The notes: generated by a model from the letters alone, not told the origin. Shown: positions 1 to 15,074, counted from the first letter of the stretch. The stretch is DNA of 64,000 nt from Mobula hypostoma (GCF_963921235.1 NC_086108.1:32056001-32120000); one strand, 5' to 3'. Translations and numbers: made by a program.

Positions 1-831
1 CTTTAAGATCATCCACCTTGTTCTCTATGGCTTGCACATTAGCTAGTAGGATGGTGGGCATAGGGACCCTGAAGCCCCTTAGCTTCAATCTGACCAGCAG
101 CCCAGCTCTTTTCCCACGCTTCCTTGGTAAATAGTGCATCTTTCCAGGTTTCCATCAATGCAGTGTGTTGTTGTCAGCTCTTTGAGGTAGGTGGACGCAT
201 CCCGCGGGAATCGATCAGCGGGCCGTGTCGTCGTGCACTCCGGGTCGGGCCGAGTAACGGGGGAGGATCCGCTGCCACTTCCAGCTGCCAGGGGCCCAGG
301 CTCTCGATTGGGTTGGGCCCCAAAGCTGACACTTAATCCTGATGGCCGGGCTCCTTGCTGAAGCAAGTCCTTAAGCCGAGTCATGGTTGTGGAGGCCTCT
401 GCTCCAGCCGAGCCTCGGGCTCAATTTCCAAGGTCGGCTTCAGAGGCCTCACTTCCGGCAGCTGTGGATGGCCGCCAATGGGGCTTTACGGTGGTCGCTC
501 CAGGGAAGCGTCTGGGGCACCTTGAGGTCTCTGCTGTCACTTCTATGTGGTTGTCTGTTCCAGGCCGTGTCTCCAAGTGCTCTGGCACGGTAGCAGACCG
601 CGGGTCTCCTAGAATGTGTTTGGCCTCGTTGGTCGGGTCCAGGTGCTGTCCGGAGTTTAAGAAGCAGTTCTGGCATGGTGGTCTCCAGCTGGGTCAGTTG
701 CTTCGCCAGGGTGTTGTTGATCTTGATCTTGCGAAATTGGAGGTATAGAAGGGTTTCTCGGGTATAGGATAGTGGAGAGGGCAGTTTGCTTGGGAAAGCA
801 CACGCAAAGTCGCCAGTTAACAGTGCCATCT
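1..831 (-). mobile_element. 5' end of a Rex1/Babar-like non-LTR retrotransposon (5' region plus start of the APE endonuclease); continues off the window
   Basis: Minus-strand translation of 1-130 gives GKRAGLLVRLKLRGFRVPMPTILLANVQAIENKVDDLK, which resembles the 'PSILLANVQSLENK.DEL' endonuclease start of Rex1/Babar LINEs. The CpG-rich upstream region begins AGATGGCAC at about 831. Confidence 0.7.
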
Positions 832-903
832 CTAAGGAGGGGGAATACATTCAGCCTTTTTCCCAGATTTGGGTTATCAAGAACCAGAGGGCTAGATTTA
901 TGG

Positions 904-3900
904 CAGTGGTTCCCAAATTTTTTTGGGTTACTAGCCCTTTGGCTCCCAAAGCATATCCTCTCCTTTTCTGGTCATTACATAAAACTATGAAGAATTTTGA
1001 TCTACGATGCACAGTGAAAGAAAATAGTAACTACAAATTCAAGGCAGTGACAAATAATTGCAAAACCTTTTCAAATCTATTTAACAATACAAATAATTTT
1101 GTTCATTTAATTACAGTTAAAACAATTTTCATCAACAATTTTAGTGTGTACATTCGTAGTCCAACTATTCACTTCATTGCTTTTAAACCTTTCAATGAGA
1201 TGGATGGGCTTGGTGCAGTGATATCAGCTTCTCAACATCAGGTTGAATATCACTCAGAAGAAGCCTCAGATTCCTACATTTAGTAATTTGTGGTCTGTTT
1301 CATTGTTTTGAAAGAATTGGGTGATTACACCAAAACTGTGCTCCACTAAATATGATTTTGGAAAGGCATTAAAGAACATCGTGTTATTTTTCAACAGTGT
1401 ACAATAATGTTCAGAGATTTATTTCTGAAACCAAAGGTCTTTATGATTTTCTGAGCTTCAGCTCAGGCATTTTGTACCAAGATCAGTTTTGCCTTCATCC
1501 TTCCTGTTAATTCCTCATTACAAGTGTTCAGGAATGGATTTATTACCCAATCTGGAATTAGGATCAAGAGAAGATTCTGAAATCTTTATTCAGCTCACCC
1601 AGGTGGGCACAGTATACTTGAAGATCATCATCTGGTATTCTTTCTTTCTCTTCCAACTCAGAGGCTCGGAAATTTGAAAAGGTCACGATCGCCAATGTTG
1701 AACTTAAATAGGGTTAACTTGGACAGAAATGTGGAGACAACTGATTTGACTTTGATAAAATTCACATTATTTCCTTGCAATTGAAGATGATTCCATTAAA
1801 CTTTGTTGTGACCAATAAGCAATGTCATGCCTAATATTCTTGAATGGATTACTGAATGAAGTGTTTCTTCAAAGAATTTTATCAGTTTGAAACAGCACAT
1901 AAGGCTGTTTCTTTTTGAGAGCCACCTGACTTCTGTGTGTAATAGCATGCATCCAAACTGATCAACATTCTCAATACAAAGTTCCCAAAATAGTTGAGAA
2001 TTGAATGCAGGGGACTTGATCTTATTTACCACTATATGGAACCGGAAGAGGTAGTGGAGGTACTTAATGAATACTTTGCTTCAGTATTCACTACGGAAAA
2101 GGACCTTGGCGATTGTAGAGATGACTTACAATGGACTGAAAAGCTTGAGCATGTAGATATTAAGGAAGAGGATGTGCTGGGGCTTTTGGAAAGCATCAAG
2201 TTGGATAAGTCACCGGGATTGGACGAGATATACCCCAAGCTATTGTGGGAGGTGAGGGAGGAGATTGCTGATCCTCTGGCAATAATCTTTGCATCATGAA
2301 TGGGGATGGGAGAGGTTCCGGAGGATTGGAGGGTTCCAGATGTTGTTCCCTTATTCAAGGAAGGGAGTAGAGATAGCACAGGAAATTATAGACCGGTGAG
2401 TCTTACTTCAATGGTTGGTAAGTTGATGGATAAGGCCCTGAGAGGCAGAATTTATGAACCTTTGGAGAGGCATAATATGATTAGGAATAGTCAGTATGGC
2501 TTTGTCCAAAGGCAGGTCATGCCTTACGAGCCTGACTGAATTTTCTGAGGATGTGACTAAACACATTGATGAAGGTAGAACAGTAGATGTAGTGTATATG
2601 GATTTCAGCAAGGCATTTAATAAGGTACCCCATGCAAGGCTTATTGAGAAAGTAAGGAGACAAGGGATCCAAGGGGACCTTGCTTTGTGGATCCAGAATT
2701 GGTTTGCCCACAGAAGGCAGAGTGGTTGTAGACGGGTCATATTCTATATGGAGGCTGGTGACTAGTGGTGTGCCTCAGGGATCAGTTCTGGGACCTATTC
2801 TCTTCGTGATTTTTATAAATAACCTGGCTGAGGAAGTGGAGGGATGAGTTAGTAAATTTGCTGATGACACAAAGGTTGGGGGTGTTGTGGATAGTGTGGA
2901 GGGCTGTCAGAGCTTACCAGTGGGACAATAACAGGATGCAAAACTGGGCTGAGAAATTGCAGATGGAGTTCAATCCAGGTAAGTGTGAGGTGGTTCATTT
3001 TGGTAGGTTTAATATGATGGCAGAATATAGCACTAATGGTAAGACTCTTGGCAGTGTGGAGGATCAGAGAGATCTTGGGGTCCATACGACACTCAAAACT
3101 ACAGCGCAGGTTGACTGTGTTGTGAAGAAGGCATACGGTGTATTGGCTTTCATCAACCATGGATTGAGCTCGCGAGTCGAGAGGTAATGTTACAGCTATA
3201 AGGACCCTGGTCAGGCCCCACTTGGGAGTAGTGCTCGGTTCTGGTCACCTCACTACAGGAAGGATGTGGAAACTATAGATGGGTACAGATGAGATTTGCA
3301 AGGAGGGACGGAGGGTGAGAGATGACCTGATAGAAGTGTATAAGATGATGAGAGGCTTTTTCCCAGGGCTGAAATGGCTAACACGAGAGGGCACAGTTTT
3401 AAGGTACTTGGAAGCAGGTACAGAGAAGATGTCAAGGGTAATTTTTGTTATGCAGAGAATGGTGAGTGCGTGGAATGGGCTGCTGGCAACGGTGGTGGAG
3501 GCAGATACAATAGGGTCTTTTAAGAGACTCTTGGATAGGTACATGGATCTTAGAAAAATAGAAGGCTATGGGTAACCGTAGGTAATTTCTAAAGTACATG
3601 TTCGGCACAGCATTGTGGGCCAAAGGGCCTGTATTGTGCTGTAGGTTTTCTATGTTTCTGCAACAGTATTTTTTGATTAGTGCAGCCAACCACAGGTTTT
3701 TTGTGACAAGATGTTGTCTGTAAATTACACACTGAATGGTAAATATGTAAACAAAGGTTGACTCATCCAAATGCAGAGCAAATTCTATTGTCCTAAGTAT
3801 GCTGCACAATGTGTCTTCCACATTCTCAGACATTCCATCTGTTTGTCTTTGAACAGAGCTGTCACTGAGTAGAATCACTTTAATTATTTGGATTGAGATT

Positions 3901-4945
3901 TATGCAAAACAATACTCAGAACCTCTCTTATTGTTGGCAGAATCAGTTCTTCTCCAAATGTCTGGGGTTTTCCAGATTGAGCAATGTACAATGAAATGTT
4001 GAATGCACCACACAAACCATCACTGTTTTGATGAGGTGCTAACAAACATCTTTTGAAGTGTTTTCTGTTTCTGAAGGTTTTCATGAAGTGACTGAAAATA
4101 AGCCAAGTTCTTGTTTGCTTTATCAGAGTGAATTACCTTCAAATGTTCAAGGAGCCTGGATGATTTTATAGACTCATTTGAAAAATAATTTATTCATTAC
4201 AACAAATACATTGGCTGCTGTTGGTTGCTTGTGCTGGTATAAATCCATATTTCAGATACTCCACATTGTACTGTGTACACTTCTTTTTTGTGTGACCTGT
4301 TTCTGCCTTTTTCATCATGAATTAACGACCACAGTCAATTGGCGATCATTTAAGTCCAACCTCAAGGACTGCGATCAATAAAGGGAAAGTAATGATGTCT
4401 TCACAGCTCAGGCAAAACCTGACTCTCTGCCTGAAGCTATGTAAAGTGCTTGATTGGGCCATGGTCTAGTGAAATGCAGTCAAGACCATTCAAAAGGGAA
4501 AATTCTGAACTTTCCCCATTGAACACCAGACATTAATTCACAGGAACAGTGATTAGAGTATGGGAATTGCACTATCTAATGCTGCACTACAGTAGTGAAC
4601 GACAATGCTGCACAGGCCGGGTCTGAAAATAACATGATTTCAGCAGTCCAGATTCGTCATGATATGCCAAATACAGAAGTGTCACATTGCTTTTGAACAA
4701 CTATAATGAACTTCAAGACGTCTAAGAGAATAGTGAGTAAGCAAGAGATGAAGTGATTACATGATCACTGTAATAAATTATGAGGCACTGAGGACCAAAT
4801 GCCTATAATAATTAATATGTTTCCTAAATTAAGCCTGTAAACCCTCAGCTGCCCCCTCTTACTACCACCCCCTTTGTCTTTATCGCCCCCTTAAAAACTT
4901 CCACCACCCCCAAGGGGGCGCATTTGCCCACTTTGGGAACCACTG
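904..4945 (-). mobile_element. hAT DNA transposon (Buster/Charlie, ZBED5/SCAND3-like), decayed and interrupted by a CR1
   Basis: Perfect 14-bp TIR CAGTGGTTCCCAAA at 904-917 and 4932-4945. Minus-strand transposase fragments KPQTFGEELILP, LSDSSVQRQTDGMSENVE...FALHLDEST and LLHTEVRWLSK. The transposase reads continuously across the CR1 insertion. Confidence 0.9.
2034..3659 (+). mobile_element. CR1-like LINE, 5'-truncated ORF2 (RT) with 3' tail, nested in the hAT
   Basis: Fragments [44 protein letters not shown] and KFADDTK, with frameshifts; ends ...ttttctatgtttct. Confidence 0.93.
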
Positions 4946-4981
4946 GTCTATTTGGACTTTAGCAAGGCCTTTGACAAGGTC

Positions 4982-7900
4982 ACTAGACACTAGAATACTA
5001 CAGCAAAGTACAGGCCCTTCGGCCCTCGATGTTGTGCCGACCCATATATTCCTTTAAAAAAAGGAAAAAAAAGTACTAAACCCACACTACCCCGTAACCC
5101 TCTATTTTTCTTTCATCCATGTGCCTGTCCAAGAGGCTCTTAAATACCCTTAATGTTTTAGCCTCTTCTACCATCCCTGGCAAGTCAATCCAAGCACCCA
5201 CAACTCTCTGTGTAAAAAACTCACCCCTGATGTCTCCCCTCAACTTCCCTCCCTTAACTTTGTACATATGCCCTCTGGTGTTTGCTATTTATGCCCTGGG
5301 AAACAGGTACCGGCCATCCACCCTATCTATACCTCTCATAATCTTGTAGACCCCTCTCATCCTTCCACACTCCAAAGAGAAAAAGTCCCAGCTCTGCTAA
5401 CCTTGCCTCATAAGACTTGTTTTCCACTCCAAGCAACATCCTGGTAAATCTCTTCTGCACCCTCTCCATAGCTTCCACATCCTTCCTATGATGAGGTGAC
5501 CAGAACTGAACACAATACTCTAAGTGTGGTCTCACCAGAGATTTGTAGAGTTGCAACATGGCCTCTCTACTCTTGAACTCAATCCCCCTATTAATGAAGC
5601 CTAGCATCCCATAGGCCTTCTTAACTATCCTATCAACCTGTACAGTGACCTTGAGGGATGTATGGATTTGAACCCCAAGGTCCTTCTATTCATCCACACT
5701 CTTAAGTAGCCGACCTTTAACCCTGTACTCAGCCTTCTGGTTTGTCCTTCCAAAATGCATCACCTCACACTTATCCGGATTGAACTCCATCTGCCACTTT
5801 TCTGCCCAACTCTGCATCCTGCCTATATCCTCTTGTAACCGTCAACAACCTACAGCTCCATCCACAACTCCTCCATTCTTCGTGTCATCTGCAAACTTAC
5901 TCACCCATCCTTCCACCTCTTCATCTAGGTCATTTATAAAAATCACAAAGGGCAGGGGTCCCAGTACAGATCCTTGCGGCACTCCACTAGTCACCAACCT
6001 CCAGGCAGAATACTTTCCTTCCACTACTACCCTCTGCTTTCTTCCTGTAAGCCAATTTTTTATCCAAACAGCCAACACTGATCCCATGCCTCCAGACTTT
6101 CTGGATGAGTCTCTCGTGGGGGACCTTGTCAAATACCTTGCTAAAATCCATGTAGACCACATCTACCGCCCTACCCTCATCAATTTCTTTTGTTACCTCT
6201 TCAAAAAACTCAATTAGGCTCGTGAGGCACGACCTTCCCTTCACAAAATCGTGCTGACTATCCTTGAGTAGACTGTACTTCTCCAAATGCTTACAGATCC
6301 TATCCTTAAGAATTCTTTCCAATAGTTTGCAGACCACCGAAGTAAGACTCACTGGTCTATAATTCCCAGGATTCTTCCTATTACCTTTTTTAAACAAGGG
6401 AACTACATTTGCCATTCTCCAATCCTCCGGCACCTCCCCTGCAGCCAAAGAGGATTCAAAGATCATAGCTACTGCTCCAGCTATCTCTTCTCTCACTTCC
6501 CACAGCAACCTGGGGACTTATCAATCTTGATGTTTTAAGAAGATCCAACACTTCTTCTTCCTTAATCTCCACATTGTCCAGCACACAGGCCTGTTCTATT
6601 TCGACCTCACCCTGATCAAGGTCCTTTTCACTTGTGAATACTGAAGCAAAGTATTCATTTAGGACCTCCCCAACCTCCTCCGCCTCCAGGCACATGTTGC
6701 CTTCTTTATCCTTTAGCGGCCCCACCTTCATTCTTGTCATTCTTCTGTTCTTCACCTACGCATAGAACTCCTTGGGGCTCTCCTTAATCCGACATGCCAA
6801 GGCCTTCTCATGCCCCCTTCGAGCTCTCCTAAATCCTTTCTTAAGCTCATTCCTGGCTACCCTATATTTCTCATGAGCCCCTCCTGCTTCCTACTTCTTA
6901 TGTCAAACATATGCTTCCTTCTTCCTCTTGACGAGTTGCCTCACGTGTTTTGTCAGCCACGGTTCCCTTTTCCTACCATTTTTTCCTTGTCTCAGTGGGG
7001 CAAACCTATCCTGAGCCCTGCACAAGTGGTCCCTAAACTTCCTCCACATTACTTCTGTGCTTTGACCTTTGAATATCTGTTTCCAATTTACTCTCGCTAG
7101 TTCCTGCCTCATCCCTTCATAGTTAGCCCTTCCCCAGTTTAGCACTTTCCCATTTTGTCTATTTTTATCCTTTTCCATAGCTATGCTGAAGCTAAGGGAA
7201 TTGTGGTCACTCTCACCAAAATACTCCCCCACCAAGAGGTCTGCCACCTAACCAGGTTCATTACCCAGAACTAGATCTAGTGTGGCCTCTCCCCTCATCC
7301 GCCGGTCCACATACTGTGTCAGGAATTCTTCTTGAACACACCTGACAAATTCAGCCCCATCTATCCCCCTTGCAGTCAGGAGGTGCCAGTCAATATGAGG
7401 GAAGTTGAAATCACCCATAATTACAACCCTGTATTTCCTGCACCATTCTAAAATCTGCCTGCTTATCTGCTCCTCGGTGTCTCGAGGGCTATTTGGGGGC
7501 CTATAAGACTACTCCCAGCACAGTGATTGATCCCTTTCTATTTCTGACTTCCACCCACACCGACTCAGTGGACACTCCCTCTGCAGTGTCCTTCCTTTCT
7601 ATAGCCGTGATACTATCCCTGACCAGTAATGCTGCTCCCCCCACTTTTTCTACCTCCCATCCTATTCCTTTTAAAACGCCTAAACCCCGGTAACTGCATC
7701 AGCCAATCCTGCCCTTCCTCCAGCCAAGTTTCAGTAATGGCCACAACACCATAGTTCCACATACTGATCCATGTTCTAAGTCATCCCCTTTATTCCTAAT
7801 ACTCCTAGCATTGAAATAGACACATTTCAACCCCTCTAACTGGCTACATTTATGTTTTGTCCCCTGCCTGTCCTTCCTCACCAACCCAGAACATATAGCA

Positions 7901-8549
7901 TCATGCCCTTGTCCTTCTACCCTAATCTCTGCACTCAAATTCTGATTCCCACCCCCCTGCCAAACCAGTTTAAACCCTCCCTAACAGCTCTAGCAAACCT
8001 GCCCGCCAGGATATTGGTCCCTTTCCAGTTCAGGTGCAGCCTGTCTTTTTTGTACAGGTCAGTCCTTCCCTAGAAGAGATCCCAATGATCCAGAAATCTG
8101 AACCCCTGCCCCCTGCACCAACCACGTATTCCTTCCCTAGAAGAGATCCCAACAATCCAGAAATCTGAACCCCTGCCCCTCTTCAACCACGCATTCATCT
8201 GCCATAAATTCCTGTTCCTACCCTCTCTGTCTCGTGGCACAGGTAACAATCCCGAGATTACCACCCTTGAGGTCCTGCTTTTTAACTTCTTTCCTAACTC
8301 CCTATCTTCCTTCTTCAGGACCTCAACCCTACTCCTATCTATATCATTGGTCCCCACATGGACCACAACATCTGGCTACTCACCCTCTCTCCTGAAAATA
8401 CCAAAATATTGCGGACCCTGGCACCAGGGAGGCAACAGACCATCTGGGATTCTCGATCTCTCCCACAGGACATCCTATCTGTCCCCCTAACTATCGAATC
8501 CCCTAGCACTACTGCTCTCTTCTTTTCCCTCCTTCCTTTCTGAGCTGAG
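4982..8549 (-). mobile_element. Long CR1-like LINE (ORF1 esterase C-terminus, ORF2 APE and RT), decayed
   Basis: ORF1 SGNH-like VHVGTNDI...VVISGLLPVP (8070-8366); APE start LKCVYFNARSIRNK; RT motifs [34 protein letters not shown] and RPHLEYCVQFWSP. GGTC is duplicated at 4978-4981 and 8550-8553. Confidence 0.93.
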
Positions 8550-8650
8550 GGTCCTGCATGATAGGCTGGTCTGGAGGATTAGGTCTCAAGGACTCCCAGG
8601 AGAGCTAGTAAGGTGGGTTCTAAATTGGCTCGGAAGTAGGGGTAGAGGTC

Positions 8651-8819
8651 ATAGAAACATAGAAAATAGGTGCAGGAGTAGGCCATTCGGCCCTTCGAGC
8701 CTGCACCGTCATTTATTATGATCATGGCTGATCATCCAACACAGAACCCAGCCTTCCCTCCATACCCCCTGACCCCTGTAGCCACAAGGGCCATATCTAA
8801 CTTCCTTTTAAACATAGCT
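8651..8819 (-). mobile_element. Short CR1-type 3'-end fragment
   Basis: Begins with the typical atagaaacatagaaa tail on the plus strand and is flanked by AGGTC at 8646-8650 and 8820-8824. Confidence 0.7.
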
Positions 8820-9393
8820 AGGTCGTAGTGGTAACTGGAGGCCAGTGTCTAGTGGTGTGCCACAGGGGTCAGTGTTAGGACCCTTGCTATTCACTATTTA
8901 TTTAAATGGTTCGGATTGGAATGCACAGGGCTTGTTCAGTAAGTTTGCGGATGACACAAAATTAGGTGCTGCTTTTGGTAATGAAGAAGCTTATTGTAGA
9001 TTACAAGGGGATCTTAATTACTTAAGGAAGTGGGCTATTGAGTGGCAAATTGATTTCAATATAGATAATTGTGAGTGATGCATTTTGGAAAATCAAACCA
9101 GCATGGGACTTGTACAATGAATGTGGGGCTTTAGAGTGTAATAGAAGAGGGAGTTAAGAGTACAACTGGGTTGTTGATTGAAAGCAGTATCACAGGTAGG
9201 CAGTGGTGAAAGGCGTGTTTAGCATGCTGGCCTTCATCAGTCAGGAAGTACCCTGTACAGTTTTAGTCACCTCCTTACAGAAAATATGTGGTTAAACTGG
9301 AAAAGAGTACAGATAGGCTTTATAAGGATGTTGCCGAGACTAGAGGGCCTGTGTTATAGGGAGAGGTTGGCTAGTTTAGGTCTTTATTCCTTG

Positions 9394-10459
<1,066 letters not shown>

Positions 10460-11304
10460 CTTGGAACATAGGAGGATTGAAACGTGACTTCAAAAAAAAT
10501 TTAGAATTATGAGAGGCACAAATAAGGTGGGCAGTCAGTCTTTTCCTGAGGTTAAGGGAGACCAAAACTAGGGACATAGATTTAGGGTGAGAGGGGAAAG
10601 GCTTAAAAGGGACCTGGGAGGCAACTTTTTCACACAGAGGATGGTGAGTGTTTGGAACAAGCTGCTAGAGGAAGTGGTTGAGACACATTCAATAGTAAAA
10701 TTTAAGAAGCACTTGGATAGGTACATGGAGGGGCAAAGCTTAGAGGTATATGAGCCAAACACAAGAAATTGGGAACTCCAATCAAAGTATAAGTGTTAAG
10801 ATGTAAAATATGAAAATGTATTTGTTTGCAAACATCCAAAATCCACTTTATATAACAATCCAGGAATAGGAAATAACAACATTAACTGACTAGTTACATT
10901 TTCCTTGAGTCTTTAAATTATAAAATACAAAAAATTAAAAATCAAATGTATGCAATTAAATTGTGCTGACAGATTTACAATTCAAAATCACAAAACAGTT
11001 AAGGTCTTTACAAAATACTTTTTTATGATGCAGTATTATTTTGAAAGTGTGAGGTCACATGATCTTTTACAGCCCCTCCTTCAGTACCAAATCAGGTATT
11101 GTTCATTAAAATAACAGTTAACTGTTTCAAATGTCATTTTAATCTGTTAATGTGTCCTTTTATAAAACTGCCATAGATAATTCAGTGCTTCACCATTTAC
11201 TTCTATTATGCATTAATATAAAACTTTATTCCAATCCTAATGTTTTGGTTCTTTGTAAGATGCACTGAATTGTACCATAAGCCTTTTTCATACAGTAGGA
11301 GGTG

Positions 11305-11850
11305 GTAGGTCCAGGTAGGCTCCAACCTGATGACATGAACATCAATTTCTCCATCCAGCAATTTTTTTCTCTCCCTTTCCCTCTTCTTCTATTCTCCACT
11401 CAGGCTCCTTGCCTCTTCTCCTCACCTGCCTATCATCTTGACCTGGTGCCCCTCCTTCTTCCCTTTCTCACATGGTCCACTCACCTGTCCTATCAGATTC
11501 ATCCTTCCTCAGGCCTTTACCTTTTCTACCTATTAGCTCCATGCTTCTCTCTTCATCTCTCCCCCCTCCCACCCACCCACCTTCTCCCTCACCTGGCTTC
11601 ACGTATCTTATCAGATTCCTTCTTCTCCGACTCATTCCCCTTCCCACCACCTGGCTTTACTTATCATCGGCTAGCTAGTCCTCCATCCCCCTCCTCCATC
11701 ATTTTATTCTGGTGTCTACTCCTTCCTTCCCAGCCCTGAAGGGTCTCAGTCCAATGCTGAATCTCCATAGGTTCTGCCTGAGCTGCCAAGCTCCCCCAGC
11801 ATTGTGTGTGCGTTGCCATGAGTTTCCAGTATCTGTAGAATCTCTTCTGT
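11305..11850 (+). mobile_element. Penelope-like element 3' end / pseudo-LTR fragment
   Basis: Encodes LQPDDMNINFS (end of the GIY-YIG ORF), followed by a pyrimidine-rich tract and the terminal motif shared with the 52.7-53.9 kb element. Confidence 0.65.
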
Positions 11851-11914
11851 TTGGGAGTTGGTAGGTAATTGGTTTTCACCACTGGTTTTTGAAATGGCCA
11901 AAGTTTCCATTGTA

Positions 11915-12485
11915 TCAAATATAGTGGATACTATGGAGAGACTGCAGAGGAGATTTACAAGGATGTTGCCTGGATTGGAGTGTGTACTTTATGAGAATAG
12001 GTTGAGTGAACTTGGCTTTTTCTCCTTGAAGTGACGGAGGATGAGAGGTGACCTGATAGTCATAATCATAGTCATACTTTATTGATCCCGGGGAAATTGG
12101 TTGAATTTGTTGAATTGGTTCATCATAGAGGTGTATATGATGATGAGGGGCATTGATCACGTGGATAGCCAGAGGCTTTTTCCCAGGGCTGAAATGGCTA
12201 ACATAAGGGGGCATAGTCTTAAGGTGCTTGTAAATAGGTACCGAGGAGATGTCAGGCGTAAGTTTTTCACACAGAGTGGAGGGTGTGTGGAATGTACTGC
12301 CAACGGCAGTGGTGGAAGCGGATACAATAGGGTCTTTTAAGAGCCTCTTAGGTACATGGAGCTTAGAAAACTAGATGGCTATGCGTTAGGGAAATTCTAA
12401 GCAGTTTCTAGAGTAGGTTATGTGGTTGGTGCAACATTGTGAACCGAAGGGCCTGCAATGAGCTGTAGATTTTCTATGTTCTATG
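11915..12485 (+). mobile_element. CR1-like LINE 3' fragment with a small internal insertion (about 12060-12124)
   Basis: RRFTRMLPGL-type and IEVYMMMRGIDHVDSQRLFPRAE motifs; ttctatgttctatg tail. Confidence 0.85.
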
Positions 12486-13497
12486 TACACATGCGCTGTG
12501 AGAATAACAATATCATTAGGTGTGTATTTAATGCTCAGAAAGTTTGGCATATAATGTACAGTAGTTCATGTATGAAATTGGACCCAGTAAATCTATGCAT
12601 GAATGCTGTTCTTTGCTGAGATTAAAGTGAATGAACTTTTTTTTTAGAATATAGTGCACTTAGTTGCAACATGTAATGCATCAGAAGATACACCCCAGTG
12701 GAAATCACTCATGATATATTGCCATTTCACAATTGATTTTAGCCTTCTTGAGAGCAGGTAAAGTCAAATTTTTAAGTCAATACTAATGTAGGAAACAGGG
12801 TAGATAATTGGAATAGTAAGGTATTACAAAAATTAATGTGACAATGAAGAGATCATTGCCAGGAAAATCAGCTGCATTAAATGGCCCCTTTACTAAGCTC
12901 TATCAGCTTCACAGCTAAAGCTGCAATTTCACTCTTCAGCCTAAACAAGGATAAGAGGAATAGCTTTTATTTTGAGCAACGGCTAAATTATGTCAGACTG
13001 AATTCTTGCTACAAGCTTCCAAATTCATAGTGCTGACCTTGCAACAGTAACAACACCTGGGAAATACAGTATTTCACTGGCTTTAAGTGACAACACCTAG
13101 GAAATACAGTATTTCACTGGCTTTGTTACTTTGCAATGTACAAATATGAATGTGAAAGACAGCATATGAATACAAGTATTTCTTTCTTTATACATTTCCC
13201 TTCCTAAATTGTCACTATTTCAAATTTCTGCAGTTCTTTGCCTTAATTCATTACTATCATTCTGCTCCCTTAGGAGGAATGCAACATTTTAAGGAGGCAC
13301 TCTTTCAGTTTTTTCAACATCCTGGATGTAAAAGAGCAAATATGAGTAAAAGTAAATCTCATGAAAGACTGAAAATAGACAATGTTCAGCTTAGCTTTTC
13401 ATAAAAGAAGAGAGATGTCTAAAGCCTCAAGTTCAAGTTTATTGTCATTTCAACCATATATATGTATACTATCAAACGAAGCAACGTTCCTCTGGAC

Positions 13498-15074
13498 CAA
13501 TGTTCCCTCTAAGGTGTACACGTGCGCGCACACTTTGCTACGAGTGCACAAAGTAAATTAAACTGCACAAAAGATTGCTACCCACTACTTCATTGGTATA
13601 TTAAGTATATTTTACAATCATACACAATCACATTTTCTTTTCCGGTTTCTGATGCGGACAATGTTGACAATGCGCAGATCAACTAGTGGGAGTATTCACT
13701 ACCATCTTCAACCTCTCGCTACTACAGTCTGTAGTCCCCAGCTGCCTTAAGTCAGCCACAATAATACCCATACCAAAGAAAAGTACAGTGAACTGCCTTA
13801 ATGACTATAGCCCAGTTGCTCTAACTCCTATCATCATGAAATGTTTTGAAAGACTCATACTGTCTTATATTAAGTCTGCCATACCTGCTGACCTTGATAA
13901 ATACCAGTTTGCGTATCGTGCAAAACAGATCGACAGAGGATGCAGTCATCACAGCTCCCCACACAGCCCTTACAAACCTGGATCAGGATAACACCTATGT
14001 AAGAATGTTGTTTGTGGACTACAGCTCAACTTTTAATACAGTCATCCCCTATAAACTGATGCAGAAATTGAGCAACCTGGGCCTTGACAGTTCACTGTGC
14101 TCATGGATACCGGATTTTCTGAGTAACAGACCCCAAAGTGTCAGGATGGGAGAACACACATCATCTACTCTCATCCTGAACACCGGTACTCCACAGGGGT
14201 GTGTTCTCAGCCCCATCCTCTATTCTCTTTTCACCCATGACTGCTCTACCATTCACTCCACCAACACCATTGTCAAATTTGCTGACGGCACCACCCTAAT
14301 AGGTATCATATCAGACTGTGATGAGACAGCCTATAGGGAGGAGGTACAGCATTTGACAGAATGGTGTTGTCATAATAACCTGGACTTGAACATCACAAAA
14401 ACCAAGGAGGTGGTGAGGGTACCCTCCCTCAGAGACATTTATACTGGCAGACTTCAAAAGAAGGCTACTTGTATTTCAAAGGATCCCACTCACCCTGGAC
14501 ATCACCTATTTTCCCCTCTACCTTCTGGGAAGAGATACAGAGCATTAAGGACGAAAACAAAGAGACTCCTTAACAGCTTCTACCCACAAGCAGTGAAATG
14601 TATAACACCCCCTTCCCTTCTCCTGCCCCCCCTCCTAAGACGGCGGCAGCTAAATGCATCACACTTCCAGGAATGGCAGGTGTGCAATAGTCCTACCCCG
14701 CCCATCCATATATTATTAATTTTGGACTGCACTCCTGAAGTTTTAGAGTTTATTTTATGTATATATTCTTTGTCATGCTGCAAAACGTTGAGCTGCTAAG
14801 CTGTGTTTCATTGCTCCACAACAATGACAATAAAGATATTCTTCTTCTTCTTCTTGTTGAAGAAATTATTGATTCACTATGTCGAGTTCCAAAGAAGCAA
14901 AGGGTGTGAAGCGCAAAAGAACTGCTAGTTCAGTTAAAGTGGAATGGCTTATTATCCTTAAATCAGCTTCACGTTTACTTCCACTTAAAAATTCAGTGTG
15001 TAGGTGTTGCTGTCACTGGGCAAAAAAATTGCACAGCATAAGATAGAGGTCATTACAAATTAGAGGGAATATTG
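13498..15074. mobile_element. Non-autonomous hAT element (MITE) carrying a nested Rex1 insertion
   Basis: TIRs CAATGTTCCCTCTAA / TTAGAGGGAATATTG; degenerate 8-bp TSD CTCTGGAC (13490-13497) and CTCCAGAT (15075-15082). Confidence 0.75.
13671..14855 (+). mobile_element. Rex1/Babar-like LINE RT fragment, 5'-truncated and internally deleted
   Basis: [50 protein letters not shown] (catalytic DD changed to DG) and [26 protein letters not shown] and a (TTC)n tail. Confidence 0.9.

Noticed and set aside
8056..8180. Direct repeats resembling a CRISPR-like or regulatory array
   Set aside because: It is a two-copy internal duplication within CR1 ORF1. The DNA is eukaryotic, with no spacers or cas genes anywhere in the window.
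13846..14799. Longest ORF (317 aa) as a host or domesticated RT gene
   Set aside because: It is a truncated Rex1-like fragment with an upstream frameshift, an internal deletion, the catalytic DD changed to DG, and its own LINE tail.
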